Shown one piece after another: positions 26,688-40,013 of a stretch of 64,000 nt of DNA (position 1 is its first letter; every line of letters begins with the position of its first letter). The notes under the pieces are model-generated. The model did not search any database, was not told the origin of the DNA, and saw only the letters and a program-made list of their open reading frames with translations. Source of the DNA: Eledone cirrhosa (taxonomy: Eukaryota); the NCBI GenBank assembly GCA_964016885.1, contig OZ024760.1:14694001-14758000 (forward strand). The letters are read 5' to 3'. Position numbers and translations under genes: made by a program.

Positions 26688-29600
26688 ATGGATCGAAAAT
26701 TTTCTTGTTCTGCAGCTACTCTCAGATATTTAATCGGGGTCAACTCAAATATTTCCCAAAATGTGTCATTTTGTGATGAACAGACGATTCTATATCCATG
26801 CGGATGTTATTGTATTCTTTATAACACAGAAAATAAGACAATGAAGTTATTCAAACCATCAGATAAAGGAGCCGAAATAACTGCTATAACTATAAGTTCA
26901 AACCGTAAATATTCTGCCATTGCTGTAAAACTGGAAAAACCATCAGTTAACGTTATTGATTTGCACGCTTTACTGAAAGTTAAGGCTTTAGTTTGCAATG
27001 ATTTAGTGCCTTGTAAGATAGATAGTTTAACTTACTCGAGTGATTGTCGAACCATCATTGCCATATGTGATGACCCATCAGGAACCTTATTCTACTGGTC
27101 ATGGGAAAAGGCGATACTACTCCTACAAACTCGTATCACTCTTCATGCACCAAAAATTCTTCATCATATTAGCTTTAACCCCCAAGATAATCTCAACGTA
27201 TATGTGTTTGGAAATGGCCTTATAAAATCGCTCCACTTCGTCGAAAACAACTTGAAGCAGTTCAATTTCCCTAAGATTGAACCTCGAGATTTTAAATGCT
27301 TTTGTTGGGATGTGAACGAACGTCTTTTGGTCGGTACAGACATTGGTAAGGTATTATTTATTGAAGGTACCGATTTAAGACATGAATTCAATGTATTCCA
27401 ATATTTAACAGATGAGGTTGTGAGAACGTTAGGAGTGACGGCAATTGCTAGTTATTCTAAAGGATTTATTACAGCGTGTGGTACGAAATATGTGCAGTTT
27501 TTTGAAAGAGTTCAAGACACGGAGAGTTACAGGTTTGTTAGGAATGTTTTGATGCCGCCGGATACGTTGGAGAATAGCGTACTATGCAATCAGATTATTA
27601 GATGTATGATAGTGAATCCATTGGGGGAAAATCTAGTGGTTAGCACAGATATGAAACAGCTGTATACTACGCCCGTTCACCTGCCCGAAATGAAATACAT
27701 GAAGCAAATGTGTTTATTTGATTGTTTAGTGCAACCTTTCCATTATAGATCTATCACCGGCTGCTGTGTCTGTTCGTGGAAACCTCTCATGGTAACCAGC
27801 TCTCTGGACGGTTGGATAAAACTGTGGAACTATAAAACTCTTGCCTTAGAACTTAATAAAGACTTTGGAGAGGAAATTTATAGCATATCTCTGCATCCAA
27901 CAGGACTATTTCTTCTGGCAGGCTTCGCCGACAAATTATGCTTCATGTATATTCTCACGGACGACTTGAAACAGTATAAAGAATTCAATATCCGCATGTG
28001 TACACATTGCAACTTCAGCCAAGGTGGACAGATGTTCGCAGCAGTTAACAACAATTTCATATTTATATACTCATCAATTACTTTTGAAATATTGATTAAA
28101 CTGAAAGGTCATCACGATAAAGTACAAACCACTAGCTGGTGTAAGGACGACTATAATATCATCTCATGCGGTTTGGATGGGACAGTTTGTGAATGGGAAC
28201 TCAAAACTGGAAGCCGAATTAGTCAATGTGTCTTAAAATCCTGTGTTTACAAAGATGTTGTTATGAATTTCAAAAGCAAGAACCTCTATGCCATAGCCAC
28301 GGATTATTCTATGAAAGAAATTTATAGGTCGGATATATTGCGAACGTTTTCATCGGGTGATGTTATTTTCACAGCAATAGCTCTGTCATGGTCCCAAACA
28401 TTGTTGTTTGTAGGAACAAATCGTGGTTTTATAAGAGGCTTTGAATTTCCAACAATGGGGCCTAAAAGATATATCGATTTTCCATGCCATTGCCACGAAA
28501 TTACGCACATGGTTTTTACAACTGACGACAGATATTTGATCACAACCTCAATAGATGCTTCGGTTGCCATATGGAGAATCAACGCTATGAGTTTTAAAAC
28601 TCCGAAGTCTACCACTTGGTCTGAAGAGGTTTTAATTCCAATGTGCGATTTGGAAGAGAAAAATGCTTTACTTACAAAGTTGAAATCCCGCGTATATGAA
28701 CTTGATATGGAAAATAAATACCAAATGCATCTTAAAGACACGTGCTACAACGATAAAAAAAAAGTGCTTACCGATACATTTATTCAAGAAAAAGAATCTC
28801 TGGAGACCAGAAATCAAATTCTACAGAATGATAAAAAGAATCTGGAAGCGAAGCATGATGAAGTAATGAGTGGAATTAATGAAAATCACAATAAATATCT
28901 GAAATTTATAGAGTCTGCCAACGATAATAAGCTAGTGGGAGAAAACGAAAAGTTCAAGAATCTTCATAGCAAGTTGATGAGACTACAAGAGGAACACGAC
29001 CTACAGGTACAGGAGTCGGAAGAACAGCAAGAACTTCTACAAGAGCAACTGACAGAACATTACGAAAAGAAAGTTATAAATTTAGAGAAGAAGCTTGAAC
29101 AGCGCCAGGAAGATATTTTATTGCAGGAAATGGAACACGAAGAAATGAAGAACCACATTGAAAAAGATGCCGATATGGAAATCATCGCCACAAAAACTGA
29201 TTACGAACAGCAGCTATTTCATGAGAGGTACTCCAATACTAAAATAAAAGATGAAAATAGTATTTTGAAGAAGAAGCTCTTAGCTTTTCCCGGTGAACTA
29301 AAAATAAGCAAAGAAGAGTGCAATAAATACAAGCTGGAGATAAAGGGACTGAATATTATAATAAATAATTTGGAGAAAGATATACAAATCTTGAAGCAAG
29401 AACTGCAGCTCCAAGGTCGAGGAGTTCAGCCGGACGAGAAACTATTTTTTGACCTGAAGCTGAAGAACCACGAAATCGAGAAATTGAAATGTGAACTGGA
29501 ATATGAAAAAGTTGTCGAACTGCGAGAGCGATTGGAACAGAGAGATACGGAAATAAATAATATGAAAGGACAAATCAGGGCTATGCAAAGCGAACTGGAA

Positions 29601-30059
29601 CACTTCACGCAGCAGTTTATCGTCATGGGCCACACTACTGCTGAAACGAAAGAAAGATTAGCAGCCATTTCAGATGAATTGAACAAAGAACGAGCCGAAC
29701 TCAACCGAAAGACAGCATTATTGGACAAAATCCGTGCAGATCTTATACACTGTACATCCTTCTTACAAGATCCGGAAAAGCTGAAAAGCAACATGAAATA
29801 TCTTCATGCAAAATACGTTGATAACAACCTAGATACTGTCGTCACAACGGAACCCAACGTACAGTTAATGTGGGGGCGACAGCGGAGCCATTTTGAATAC
29901 ATCACACACAAACTGAAGTACCACTTGAACCGCACTGCGAAAGCTGCTTCAATGGAGAATGCGGCTCTCTTAGAGAAATGCAATAAGATGGGACAAGAAC
30001 TACAGCTAGAGAGAGAAAAGCATATTCATCTGGTGTCTTTATTGGATCGATCTAAATGA
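26688..30059 (+). CDS. CFAP57: CFAP57 (WDR65)-like, intronless copy 2
   Basis: Uninterrupted 1123-aa ORF collinear with copy 1 over its whole length; same WD40 plus coiled-coil layout. Confidence 0.92.
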   Translation: MDRKFSCSAATLRYLIGVNSNISQNVSFCDEQTILYPCGCYCILYNTENKTMKLFKPSDKGAEITAITISSNRKYSAIAVKLEKPSVNVIDLHALLKVKALVCNDLVPCKIDSLTYSSDCRTIIAICDDPSGTLFYWSWEKAILLLQTRITLHAPKILHHISFNPQDNLNVYVFGNGLIKSLHFVENNLKQFNFPKIEPRDFKCFCWDVNERLLVGTDIGKVLFIEGTDLRHEFNVFQYLTDEVVRTLGVTAIASYSKGFITACGTKYVQFFERVQDTESYRFVRNVLMPPDTLENSVLCNQIIRCMIVNPLGENLVVSTDMKQLYTTPVHLPEMKYMKQMCLFDCLVQPFHYRSITGCCVCSWKPLMVTSSLDGWIKLWNYKTLALELNKDFGEEIYSISLHPTGLFLLAGFADKLCFMYILTDDLKQYKEFNIRMCTHCNFSQGGQMFAAVNNNFIFIYSSITFEILIKLKGHHDKVQTTSWCKDDYNIISCGLDGTVCEWELKTGSRISQCVLKSCVYKDVVMNFKSKNLYAIATDYSMKEIYRSDILRTFSSGDVIFTAIALSWSQTLLFVGTNRGFIRGFEFPTMGPKRYIDFPCHCHEITHMVFTTDDRYLITTSIDASVAIWRINAMSFKTPKSTTWSEEVLIPMCDLEEKNALLTKLKSRVYELDMENKYQMHLKDTCYNDKKKVLTDTFIQEKESLETRNQILQNDKKNLEAKHDEVMSGINENHNKYLKFIESANDNKLVGENEKFKNLHSKLMRLQEEHDLQVQESEEQQELLQEQLTEHYEKKVINLEKKLEQRQEDILLQEMEHEEMKNHIEKDADMEIIATKTDYEQQLFHERYSNTKIKDENSILKKKLLAFPGELKISKEECNKYKLEIKGLNIIINNLEKDIQILKQELQLQGRGVQPDEKLFFDLKLKNHEIEKLKCELEYEKVVELRERLEQRDTEINNMKGQIRAMQSELEHFTQQFIVMGHTTAETKERLAAISDELNKERAELNRKTALLDKIRADLIHCTSFLQDPEKLKSNMKYLHAKYVDNNLDTVVTTEPNVQLMWGRQRSHFEYITHKLKYHLNRTAKAASMENAALLEKCNKMGQELQLEREKHIHLVSLLDRSK

Positions 30060-30599
30060 ACTTCGATCTTCTTTGGCGGGGTCGTTTGACTTTATCATTA
30101 GAACTAAGACAATCTCACCTCTGTTTTACATTGATGAAAAAAAAAAATACTCAAAAATTTTGTTACGAAGCTAACATGTTTGTTTGTTTGTTTGTTTGTT
30201 GTTGTCGTTGTTGTTGCTGTTATTGTTCTTGTTGTTGCTAATGCTAAGGTCAATCTCTTTAGGGTTGAATTTATCTTTCGTCTCATCCTTGGTGTGCGTG
30301 TATGTGTATGTGTGAGGGTGTGGGTTGATGAAATAAATTACCAGTAATGCACTGGGGTAATTGCTGGCCTTGTGCTAAAAGCAGAAACAATTATTATTAT
30401 TAATCCCGTCGAGGTTAACTTTGTCTTTCATCCTTACGGTGACAATAAAATAATGTACCAGTAATGCACTGTGAAAATTGCTGGCCTTGTACCAAAAGTA
30501 GAAACAATTATTATTAATAATTTTTTTGGGGGGTGGGGCAGTATGTTGGCAGAAAGGTAGACACAAAAGTAAACTGGGTCTTAAAACCGGCACGAGCCA

Positions 30600-31038
<439 letters not shown>

Positions 31039-31291
31039 ACATTAGCATTATTAATAATTATTAAGCATTATTAATAATTATTAATTAATTCTATCGTGCA
31101 ATGCCTGTGCGTGAAGATATTTTTTAAAGTGAGGAAAGACTGTGCACTGAGCCAATCCCACTCTCTGAGCGGCAGTAGCTATAACCCGAAAAGAAGAAAA
31201 GATCAACATCATCGGTAACTACTGAGCCGCAGGTTTTATATCGGAGTTATCCCAGTTTCTTGAGTTGCCATCTCCTAGAAGAATGTTCTGC

Positions 31292-31441
31292 CATAACCAA
31301 CATCAACTAAAACTTCACTTTTAGATTACCATTAACATAAATCAAATAATCAATCATAAGAAATACAATCAGGAAAGTTAAAGAATCGATAGAAAAATGT
31401 CTAGCTCTACAGCTACTTTAAAATATTTGATCGGGATCAAT
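31292..31441 (+). pseudogene. Truncated duplicate of the 5' end of CFAP57 copy 3 (leader plus first 15 codons)
   Basis: Near-identical to 33016-33150. ATG at 31397 reads MSSSTATLKYLIGIN and then runs directly into a SINE fragment. Confidence 0.85.
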
Positions 31442-31699
31442 CGGAAGGTTGTGAGTTCGATAAAGACACTTTATTTCATGCTGCTCCAGTTCACTCAGCT
31501 GTAGAAATGAGTTGTGACGTCACTGGTGCCAAGTTGTATGGGCATTACCTTTCCCTTGGACAACATATATATACTGCATATATGCTGTATATAGTGTATA
31601 TACAATGTATATAGTGTATATATGATGTAGATAGTGTATATATACTGTACATAGTGTATATATATATATATAAAAGTGTATATATAAAGTATATATATA

Positions 31700-31950
31700 T
31701 AAAAGTGACACAGAGGAGACTGAAGTTAGTTGGACATGCTCACCGACATCGAGAGTTGACATTGCACTCAGTGCTCCTGTGGGAGCCCCTACATAGACAC
31801 ACTGGAAGAGGAAGACCAAGGTTAACGTATGTTGATGCCCTAAGGACAGACACTGGTCTGTTGGAGACGCAGGACATGGCAGCGATAATGAGGGACAGAG
31901 ACCGCTGGAGAGAACTCGTCCATGGATCTCGGGAATTTTACCCGCCTTAG
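31700..31950 (+). mobile_element. 3' fragment of an RTE-like LINE
   Basis: KVTQRRLKLVGHAHRH...VLLWEP...GRGRPRLTYVDAL...DRDRWRELV is typical of an RTE-type ORF C-terminus. Confidence 0.75.
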
Positions 31951-32385
31951 AGAGAGATAGTGTATATATAATGTATATAATGTATATATAATGTATATAT
32001 ACGGTATATAGTGTATATATACTGTATATAGTGTATATATAATGCATATAGTGTATATATAATGTATATAGTGTATATATAATGTATATAGTGTATATAT
32101 ATAGTGTAGTATATAGTGTATATATACATATATACTGTATATAGTGTATATATAATGTATATAGTGTATACATAATGTAAGTAGTGTATATATAATGTAA
32201 GTAGCGTATATATAATGTACATGGTGCATATATGATATATATATGGTGTATATCAGTTGCAACATCACTGGTGTCAAGCTGTGTCGGCCATTGTCTTTCC
32301 CTTGGACAACATCGGTGGCATGGAGAGGTGAGGATGGTATCGTCACCTCTCCATGCCACTGAACGGGGTCTTTACTCTTTACCTT

Positions 32386-32571
32386 AATTGTTTCTACTTT
32401 TGGCACAAATCCAGCAATTACCCCCAGTGTATTACTGGTACTTTATTTTATCGACCTCGTAAGTATGGAAGGCAAAGTTAACATCGACGGGATTTGAACT
32501 GAGAACGTAAAGGGCCATAACTCTATGCTGCAAAGCATGGTGTCTGATGTTCTACCGATACTGCCAATCCA
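32386..32571 (-). mobile_element. Family A SINE
   Basis: Consensus match. Confidence 0.72.
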
Positions 32572-32762
32572 ATAAGGTCCCGGTTTCGATTCCCATTAAC
32601 TTATCTCGTTCTGTCTGTTATCCCACTTTGTTATTTTGATTGTGACGTAACAAAGCTATTAAAACAAGCAATAACATCGCCAACATCTTCATTCTTTACA
32701 TAAGAACTTTATACTAACATTTGTATACAAATACTTATATCTCTCTCCCCCTCGCGTCGCTC

Positions 32763-32836
<74 letters not shown>

Positions 32837-33105
32837 TATACATATATATACATATATTATACATACATACATATATACATACATACACATACATACATAC
32901 ATACACACATACATACATACATATATATATACATATATTATACATACATACATACATACATACATACATACATACATACATACATACATACTCTCGCGCA
33001 TGATCATTTGAGTCACATAACCAACATCAACTAAAACTTCACTTTTAGATTACCATTAACATAAAACAGATAACCAATCAGGAAAGTTAAAGAATCAATA
33101 GAAAA

Positions 33106-36100
33106 ATGTCTAGCTCTACAGCTACTTTAAAATATTTTATCGGGATCAATTCTGATATTGCCAGAAATGTTTTTTATTTTGACGAAAATACGATTCTATA
33201 TCCATGCGGATGTTACTGTATCCTCTATAATGTCGAAGATAAGTCAATGAAATCATTTAAACCATCGCAGAAAGGAGGTCAAATAACTGCCTTGAATATA
33301 TGTCCGAAACTTAGCTATACGGCCATTGCTTTCAATTATGAAAAACCATCTGTAAACATCATCGATATGTTCACTTTAAGGAGGAAGAAGACTTTAGCTT
33401 GTCGAGATTTACATGCCTGTGAGATAGTGAGTTTAGCTTTCTCGGCTGATTCACGATATCTTGTTGCCATATGTAACGACCCATCAGGAACCTTACTTTA
33501 CTGGTTGTGGGAAAAATCAAAACTAGTAATAACTGCCAAGGTCATACTTTCCAATGTGCCAAAAACTCTTTATCATGTCTGCTTTAACCCGCAAGATCAT
33601 CTCAACGTGTATGTGTTTGGCAATGGGCTTCTAAAGTCGTTCCGCTTCACAGAAGGCAATCAAAGACAATATAACTTCACTAGGGTTGAACCTCAAGATT
33701 TCCGATGCTATTGCTGGGATGCGAACGAACATCTTTTGATAGGTACTGATACTGGTAGAGTGTTATTTATTGAAGATACGAATTTAAAATTAAATTTTAA
33801 CGTATTACAATATTTGGATGCGCCAGAGGCTGCGAAAGCGCAAGGAGTGACAGCAATTACTAATTATTCTAAAGGATTTATTACAGCGTGTGGTACAAAA
33901 TATGTGCAGTTTTTTGAAAGGGTTCAAGATACAGATAGTTACAATTGTATTAGGAATGTTTTATTGCCGTCAGATACGTTGGAGAACAGCTCGTTATGCA
34001 ACCAGATTATTAAATGGATGGCGGTAAATCCACCAGAGGAAATTCTGGTGATTAGCACAGATATGAAACAATTATATTCTACTCCCATTAATCCACCAAA
34101 ATCAAAATATATGAAGCAAACGAGCGTGTTTGATGTTTTAGTGCAACCTTTCCATTATAAATCTATCACCGGCTGTTGTGTCTGTTCGTGGAAACCTCTC
34201 ATTGCAACCAGCTCTCTAGATGGTTCGATAAAACTGTGGAACTACGAAACCTTTACCTTAGAACTTAATAAAGACTTTGGAGAGGAAGTTCTCAGTATAT
34301 CTCTGCATCCAATGGGACTATTTCTTCTGGCAGGCTTTGCCGACAGATTACGTTTCATGTATGTTCTAAGGGATGACTTCAAACCGTTTAAAGAATTCGG
34401 CATCCGCACATGTACACATTGCAACTTCAGTCGAGGTGGTCAGATGTTCGCAGCAGTCAGCAATAATAGCATACATATATACTCTTCAATTACTTTTGAT
34501 ATGTTAGCTAATTTGATTGGCCATAACGGTAAGGTGCAAGCCACCACCTGGTATAAGGACGATAATAACCTCATCTCATGCGGTTTGGATGGGGCAGTGT
34601 ATGACTGGGAACTAAAAACTGGCAGGCGAATCGGTCAGTGTGTCTTAAAATCCTGTGCTTATAACGATGTTGTCATCAATTTTGAGAACATGAACCTCTA
34701 TGCTGTCGGCTCGGATTATTCTATGAAAGAAATTCACGAGTCGGATATATTGCGAACGTTTCCATCATGTGAGGATGTTCTTTTCACATCAATAGCCCTG
34801 TCATGGTCCAATACAGTATTAGTTGTAGGGACAAATCAGGGTTTTATAAAAAACTTGGAGTACCCTATAACCACACCAGGAAAATGGATGGATTATTCAT
34901 GCCACAGCCTTGAAATTACGCAAATGGTTTTTACAATTGATGATAAATTCTTAATTACAACATCACAAGATGCTTCTATTGCAATATGGAAGATCAACGA
35001 TTTTGAAGGACACGCTTCGAAATTGGAACAAAGAATCTTTCGATTTGAAGAGATTTTAATTCCAATGACCGATTTGGAAGAAAAAAACAGTTTGCTTGCA
35101 GAGTTGCAGTCCCGCGTCCAAGAACTTGACATGGAAAATGAATACCAAATGCACCTTAAAGACATGAGCCACAACGATAACATAAAAGAACTGTCCGCGG
35201 GATTTATTCAAGAAATGCAAAATCTGGAAACCACAAACCAAGTTCTACAGAATGATAAAAGAGAACTAGAAAAGAAGCATAAGAAAGAACTGTCAGAGAT
35301 TACGGAAAATCACTCCAAAGAAATGCAGACCATCGAATCAATCAACGATAAGAAGATAATAGAAGAATATGACAAATTTAAGGATCTTCAGGACAGACTT
35401 TTGAAACTAGAAGAGGGCCATGATTACAGGTTACGGGAACTGAAAAGAAAGCATAACTGTTTAAACAAAAACACTACAGAACGCTACGAAAAGAAGCTTC
35501 TAGATTTGGAAAAGAAACTGGAACAGCTGGTGGAAGAAATTTGTCTCCAGCATAAGAAACACGATGAAATTAAAAAACAGCTAGAGGAAGATGTTGATCT
35601 GGAAATTGTCTACACAAAGGCTGAATACGAACAACAGTTGAGTCGCGAAAGATCTTCCAGTTCTAAAATAAAAGACGAAAACAGTATTTTGAAAAAGAAG
35701 CTCTTGTCTTTCCCCATTGAACTAAAAGAAAGCAAAGAAGAATCCAAGAAGTACAAGCTGGAGATAAAGAGACTGAATACGATTATTGCTAATCTTGGGA
35801 AAGATAAAAAAATATTGAAACAAGAACTACAACACCAAGACCAAGAGCTACAAAATGAAGAGAAGTACTTCTATGATATGGAAATGAACAAATACGGAGT
35901 TGAAAAACTGAAATGTGAACTGGCGTATAATAAGGTTATCGATCTGCGAGAGCAAATAGAACACCGAGATGAGGAAATCAATGATATGAAGGAACAGATC
36001 AAAACCATGCAAAGCGAATTGGAAAACTTCACACAACAGTTTATCCTCATTGATCAGACGACAGCAGAAACGAAACAAAAATTAAAAGATACCTCACAAG

Positions 36101-36489
36101 AACTTGGCAAACAGCGTAGGGAGCTGTACCGAAAAACAGCCTTGCTGGACAGGTTCCGTGCCGACCTTGTCAATTGCACGTCCTTCATACAAAATCCGCG
36201 GGCACTGAAGAGCAACACCAAGATTCTTTATGATAAATATATTGAGAAGAACATCGACATGGACACGATTGTCACAAAAGACCCCAACGTACAGTTGGAA
36301 TGGTCTCGTCAGAGGAACATTTTAGAAAATAACAAACAAAGTTTAAAACATCAGCTGAGTATTGCGCTGAAAACTGACTCTCTAGAAAATCAGCTCCTTA
36401 TAAACAAATACAGGGATATAGGGTCAAGTTTGCAGTTAGAGAGAGAAAAGAACCGTCGTCTGATAATTTTATTGAAGCGAATTAATTGA
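33106..36489 (+). CDS. CFAP57: CFAP57 (WDR65)-like, intronless copy 3
   Basis: Uninterrupted 1127-aa ORF collinear with copies 1 and 2. Confidence 0.92.
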   Translation: MSSSTATLKYFIGINSDIARNVFYFDENTILYPCGCYCILYNVEDKSMKSFKPSQKGGQITALNICPKLSYTAIAFNYEKPSVNIIDMFTLRRKKTLACRDLHACEIVSLAFSADSRYLVAICNDPSGTLLYWLWEKSKLVITAKVILSNVPKTLYHVCFNPQDHLNVYVFGNGLLKSFRFTEGNQRQYNFTRVEPQDFRCYCWDANEHLLIGTDTGRVLFIEDTNLKLNFNVLQYLDAPEAAKAQGVTAITNYSKGFITACGTKYVQFFERVQDTDSYNCIRNVLLPSDTLENSSLCNQIIKWMAVNPPEEILVISTDMKQLYSTPINPPKSKYMKQTSVFDVLVQPFHYKSITGCCVCSWKPLIATSSLDGSIKLWNYETFTLELNKDFGEEVLSISLHPMGLFLLAGFADRLRFMYVLRDDFKPFKEFGIRTCTHCNFSRGGQMFAAVSNNSIHIYSSITFDMLANLIGHNGKVQATTWYKDDNNLISCGLDGAVYDWELKTGRRIGQCVLKSCAYNDVVINFENMNLYAVGSDYSMKEIHESDILRTFPSCEDVLFTSIALSWSNTVLVVGTNQGFIKNLEYPITTPGKWMDYSCHSLEITQMVFTIDDKFLITTSQDASIAIWKINDFEGHASKLEQRIFRFEEILIPMTDLEEKNSLLAELQSRVQELDMENEYQMHLKDMSHNDNIKELSAGFIQEMQNLETTNQVLQNDKRELEKKHKKELSEITENHSKEMQTIESINDKKIIEEYDKFKDLQDRLLKLEEGHDYRLRELKRKHNCLNKNTTERYEKKLLDLEKKLEQLVEEICLQHKKHDEIKKQLEEDVDLEIVYTKAEYEQQLSRERSSSSKIKDENSILKKKLLSFPIELKESKEESKKYKLEIKRLNTIIANLGKDKKILKQELQHQDQELQNEEKYFYDMEMNKYGVEKLKCELAYNKVIDLREQIEHRDEEINDMKEQIKTMQSELENFTQQFILIDQTTAETKQKLKDTSQELGKQRRELYRKTALLDRFRADLVNCTSFIQNPRALKSNTKILYDKYIEKNIDMDTIVTKDPNVQLEWSRQRNILENNKQSLKHQLSIALKTDSLENQLLINKYRDIGSSLQLEREKNRRLIILLKRIN

Positions 36490-36612
36490 ATTTTGGTCTT
36501 CTTTGCTGGACCATTGGACATTATCATTAGAACTAAACGAATCGTACATTGAGTAACACACCCGTTTTACATTGATAAATAAAAACTGTGCTATGAAACA
36601 AACATCTTATTA

Positions 36613-37025
36613 TCTATATACTACTAAAACTCTGTGATTGTGTCTTGTCTGTAGTTTAATACAGCCAAAACGGCGCATAATGTGAAAATACTTTGAAGGA
36701 AAGTTGCCTCTAAAATGGAAATACAAATGAAATCAAAGTTTCACGTAAATCGAAGCACGGGTTCCCAGGATATGAGGTTTTTCTGGGTACCTTCATACAA
36801 AGAGAGAAAGAGATAGTGGTTGTGAGAGTGTAGATTGAAAGAGAGAGGAGACAGAGAAAGTTGTTGTGAGAGAGTAGATTGAAAGAGAGACAGAGAGAGA
36901 GGAAACAGAGAAGGAAAATGGAAGAGAAAGAGAGAGAGAGAGCTGTAAAAATTATTCTTAAGTGAACATTATTTTAAAAAAATATTTTTAAGAGAACGTT
37001 ACCTAACGGGTCATGGGTGATCTAG
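36613..37025 (+). mobile_element. Non-autonomous Helitron-like element
   Basis: A|TCTATATACTACTAAAA 5' end, subterminal hairpin (ACCTA...TGGGT) and CTAG|T 3' end. Confidence 0.65.
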
Positions 37026-37781
37026 TTACTATAAAAGTTAATCACCTTCGTAAAATAAAATACCAATTACATACAGAGGTCAATTTGAATCGACTGTACC
37101 CATTTCCCAAATTCGAGACCTTAGATTGGCAGTATCGGTAGAGCGACGGACACCATTCTTGCGGAATAGAGTTACGGCCTTTTACGTTCTGAGTTCAAAT
37201 CCCGCCGATGTTAGCTTTGCCTTTCATCCTTATGGGGTCGATAAAATAAAGCACCATAGATAGATTCTATCGTTATTTCCGCACCTTTAATTTTCTAATG
37301 CATTGTATGGCTTTTAAAATTATTTAAATTTATATATATGGTGCCCCACCATGGCCTGACTCGGATGGCTGGAACAGGTAAAAAAGTAAAAGAGTAATAT
37401 GAATTTTTTTTTAAAAGATAAATACCGTATTTCCCGGTGCTGAAAATGCTTCGTCCTCGAGGACACACCTTAATGTTGACAACCAGAAATTTGAAAAAAT
37501 ATAATAAACAACCTTCGGCCTCCAGGACGCATGATAGATTTTTGAGACTTATTTTAGGAAAAAAGTAGCGTCTTCGACGCCAGGAGATATGGTACATTTG
37601 TAAAGTAATGATCAAAGAACTTCCATTTTATTAAACAACACTGGAGTGTACATGTGTCATATTGTCAATAGACGATACATATGTGTAAAATTCTTTCATG
37701 GATGTTAGTTCTTTACTGAGGAGAAACATTTTTTTAGGGGTGTTATAAAATATATTTTAACTGAATATTATTTTTGTTTAA

Positions 37782-38895
37782 TCTATACTATAAAGCTGAC
37801 GGCCGTATGTATGTAACAAACTTTTCGCCAAACGGCTGGACCAAACAGCACCATAGATGTAACTTTTTCCAAGTAAAAAAGTGAGGGTATTTTTGTCTAC
37901 TGAATTTTGTTAAAAGATTAAAGACATTATTTAAATATTTACTTCTTTAAAATTTCAAATATCAACACTTCCGGTTATACGACATTCCTCACTCTTTCTT
38001 AGTGTATTTTTAGATAGATACATAGCTATGACGTCGCACGCTTATAATATGTCTCTGTATGTCTGGCTGTCTGCATTAAATACATAGCTATGACGTCGCA
38101 CAACATTCCTCTCTTTTTCTTAGTCTGTCTTTTTAGATAGATACATAGCTATACCGTCGTGCCCTTATAATATGTCTCTGTATGTCTGGCTGTCTGCATT
38201 AGATAACGTTTTTAGAAATGTTTACTTCTGCGTTCACAGATTGATTTTTTTAGTTTCAGAAGATCCCGCTAAGGGTGAAAGCAGCGATTCTTTGCTTAAA
38301 CTTTAATCTGTTATTTTAATATATATATTCGTGTACAGATATTTTTGCATACACAAAAAACAAAATATAAACAAACCTATTTATTTCACGAAAGCACAGA
38401 CGGCTTATCGTCATTGTTACTGCCGACATGACACCCAAAAAGTCCCAGCCTGGCCGCAAGATCAGATTTTCCAGAAGAAAAAATGTTACTAGAGCAACAG
38501 AGTCTGAAGATGATCATGAACGTCGCCTTCAGCAGATGAGGACTCAGGCGAGAGCCATTCGATCAGCCCAGTCTCAAGTGCAGCGCTAGCCTCGTCTTCA
38601 GCAACTGAGGTCCCGTGCAGAAGGCAGGAGAGCAACACAGACAGAACAAGCCAGATTGGAGCAGGTGAGTTCACAAGCTGATTGCATCCACATTGCATTA
38701 CAGCATCAGTGTGCCATACAGGTCCTTACAAAACTGAGTCCGATTTTTAACTATTCAAACCCAACATCAGAGCACGTTAATCCCCTCCCCCTCCCTCGCT
38801 GACTTGAGAGGGAGTGCGGTATCTTTGCACCGGAGTTGAAGGGAGGATCCTGAAAAGATAAAATGCTGGTATACCTAGCCGGACGGGCCAGCTAG
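37782..38895 (+). mobile_element. Internally deleted Helitron with a remnant ORF N-terminus
   Basis: A|TCTATACTATAAAG 5' end and CTAG|T 3' end; internal ~121-bp tandem duplication; remnant ORF from 38428 (MTPKKSQPGRK...) with 23-aa repeats and an in-frame stop. Confidence 0.65.
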
Positions 38896-39199
38896 TTATT
38901 AATAAAACATAAAAATTGCAAATAATGTCCAAATTTTTCTGTGGACCACCAACATTTTCTCTCGGACCATTGGTTGGCAACCACTGCCTTAGAACATATA
39001 CAAAAGACAAAAGGTCAAGGAAGAAAAACAAGAGAAAACCTTTTTCCTTTAAACTATTTTTATTCCAACATACAAACTACATTGATTAATACATGATAGA
39101 TATTGTTTCATACACAATAGATACAGAGATTCTTTGGCTCCAAGTGAAGGGTTTTGAACATCAGCATAGCGCAGCAGTAAAATATACATGCCATCATTA

Positions 39200-40013
<814 letters not shown>

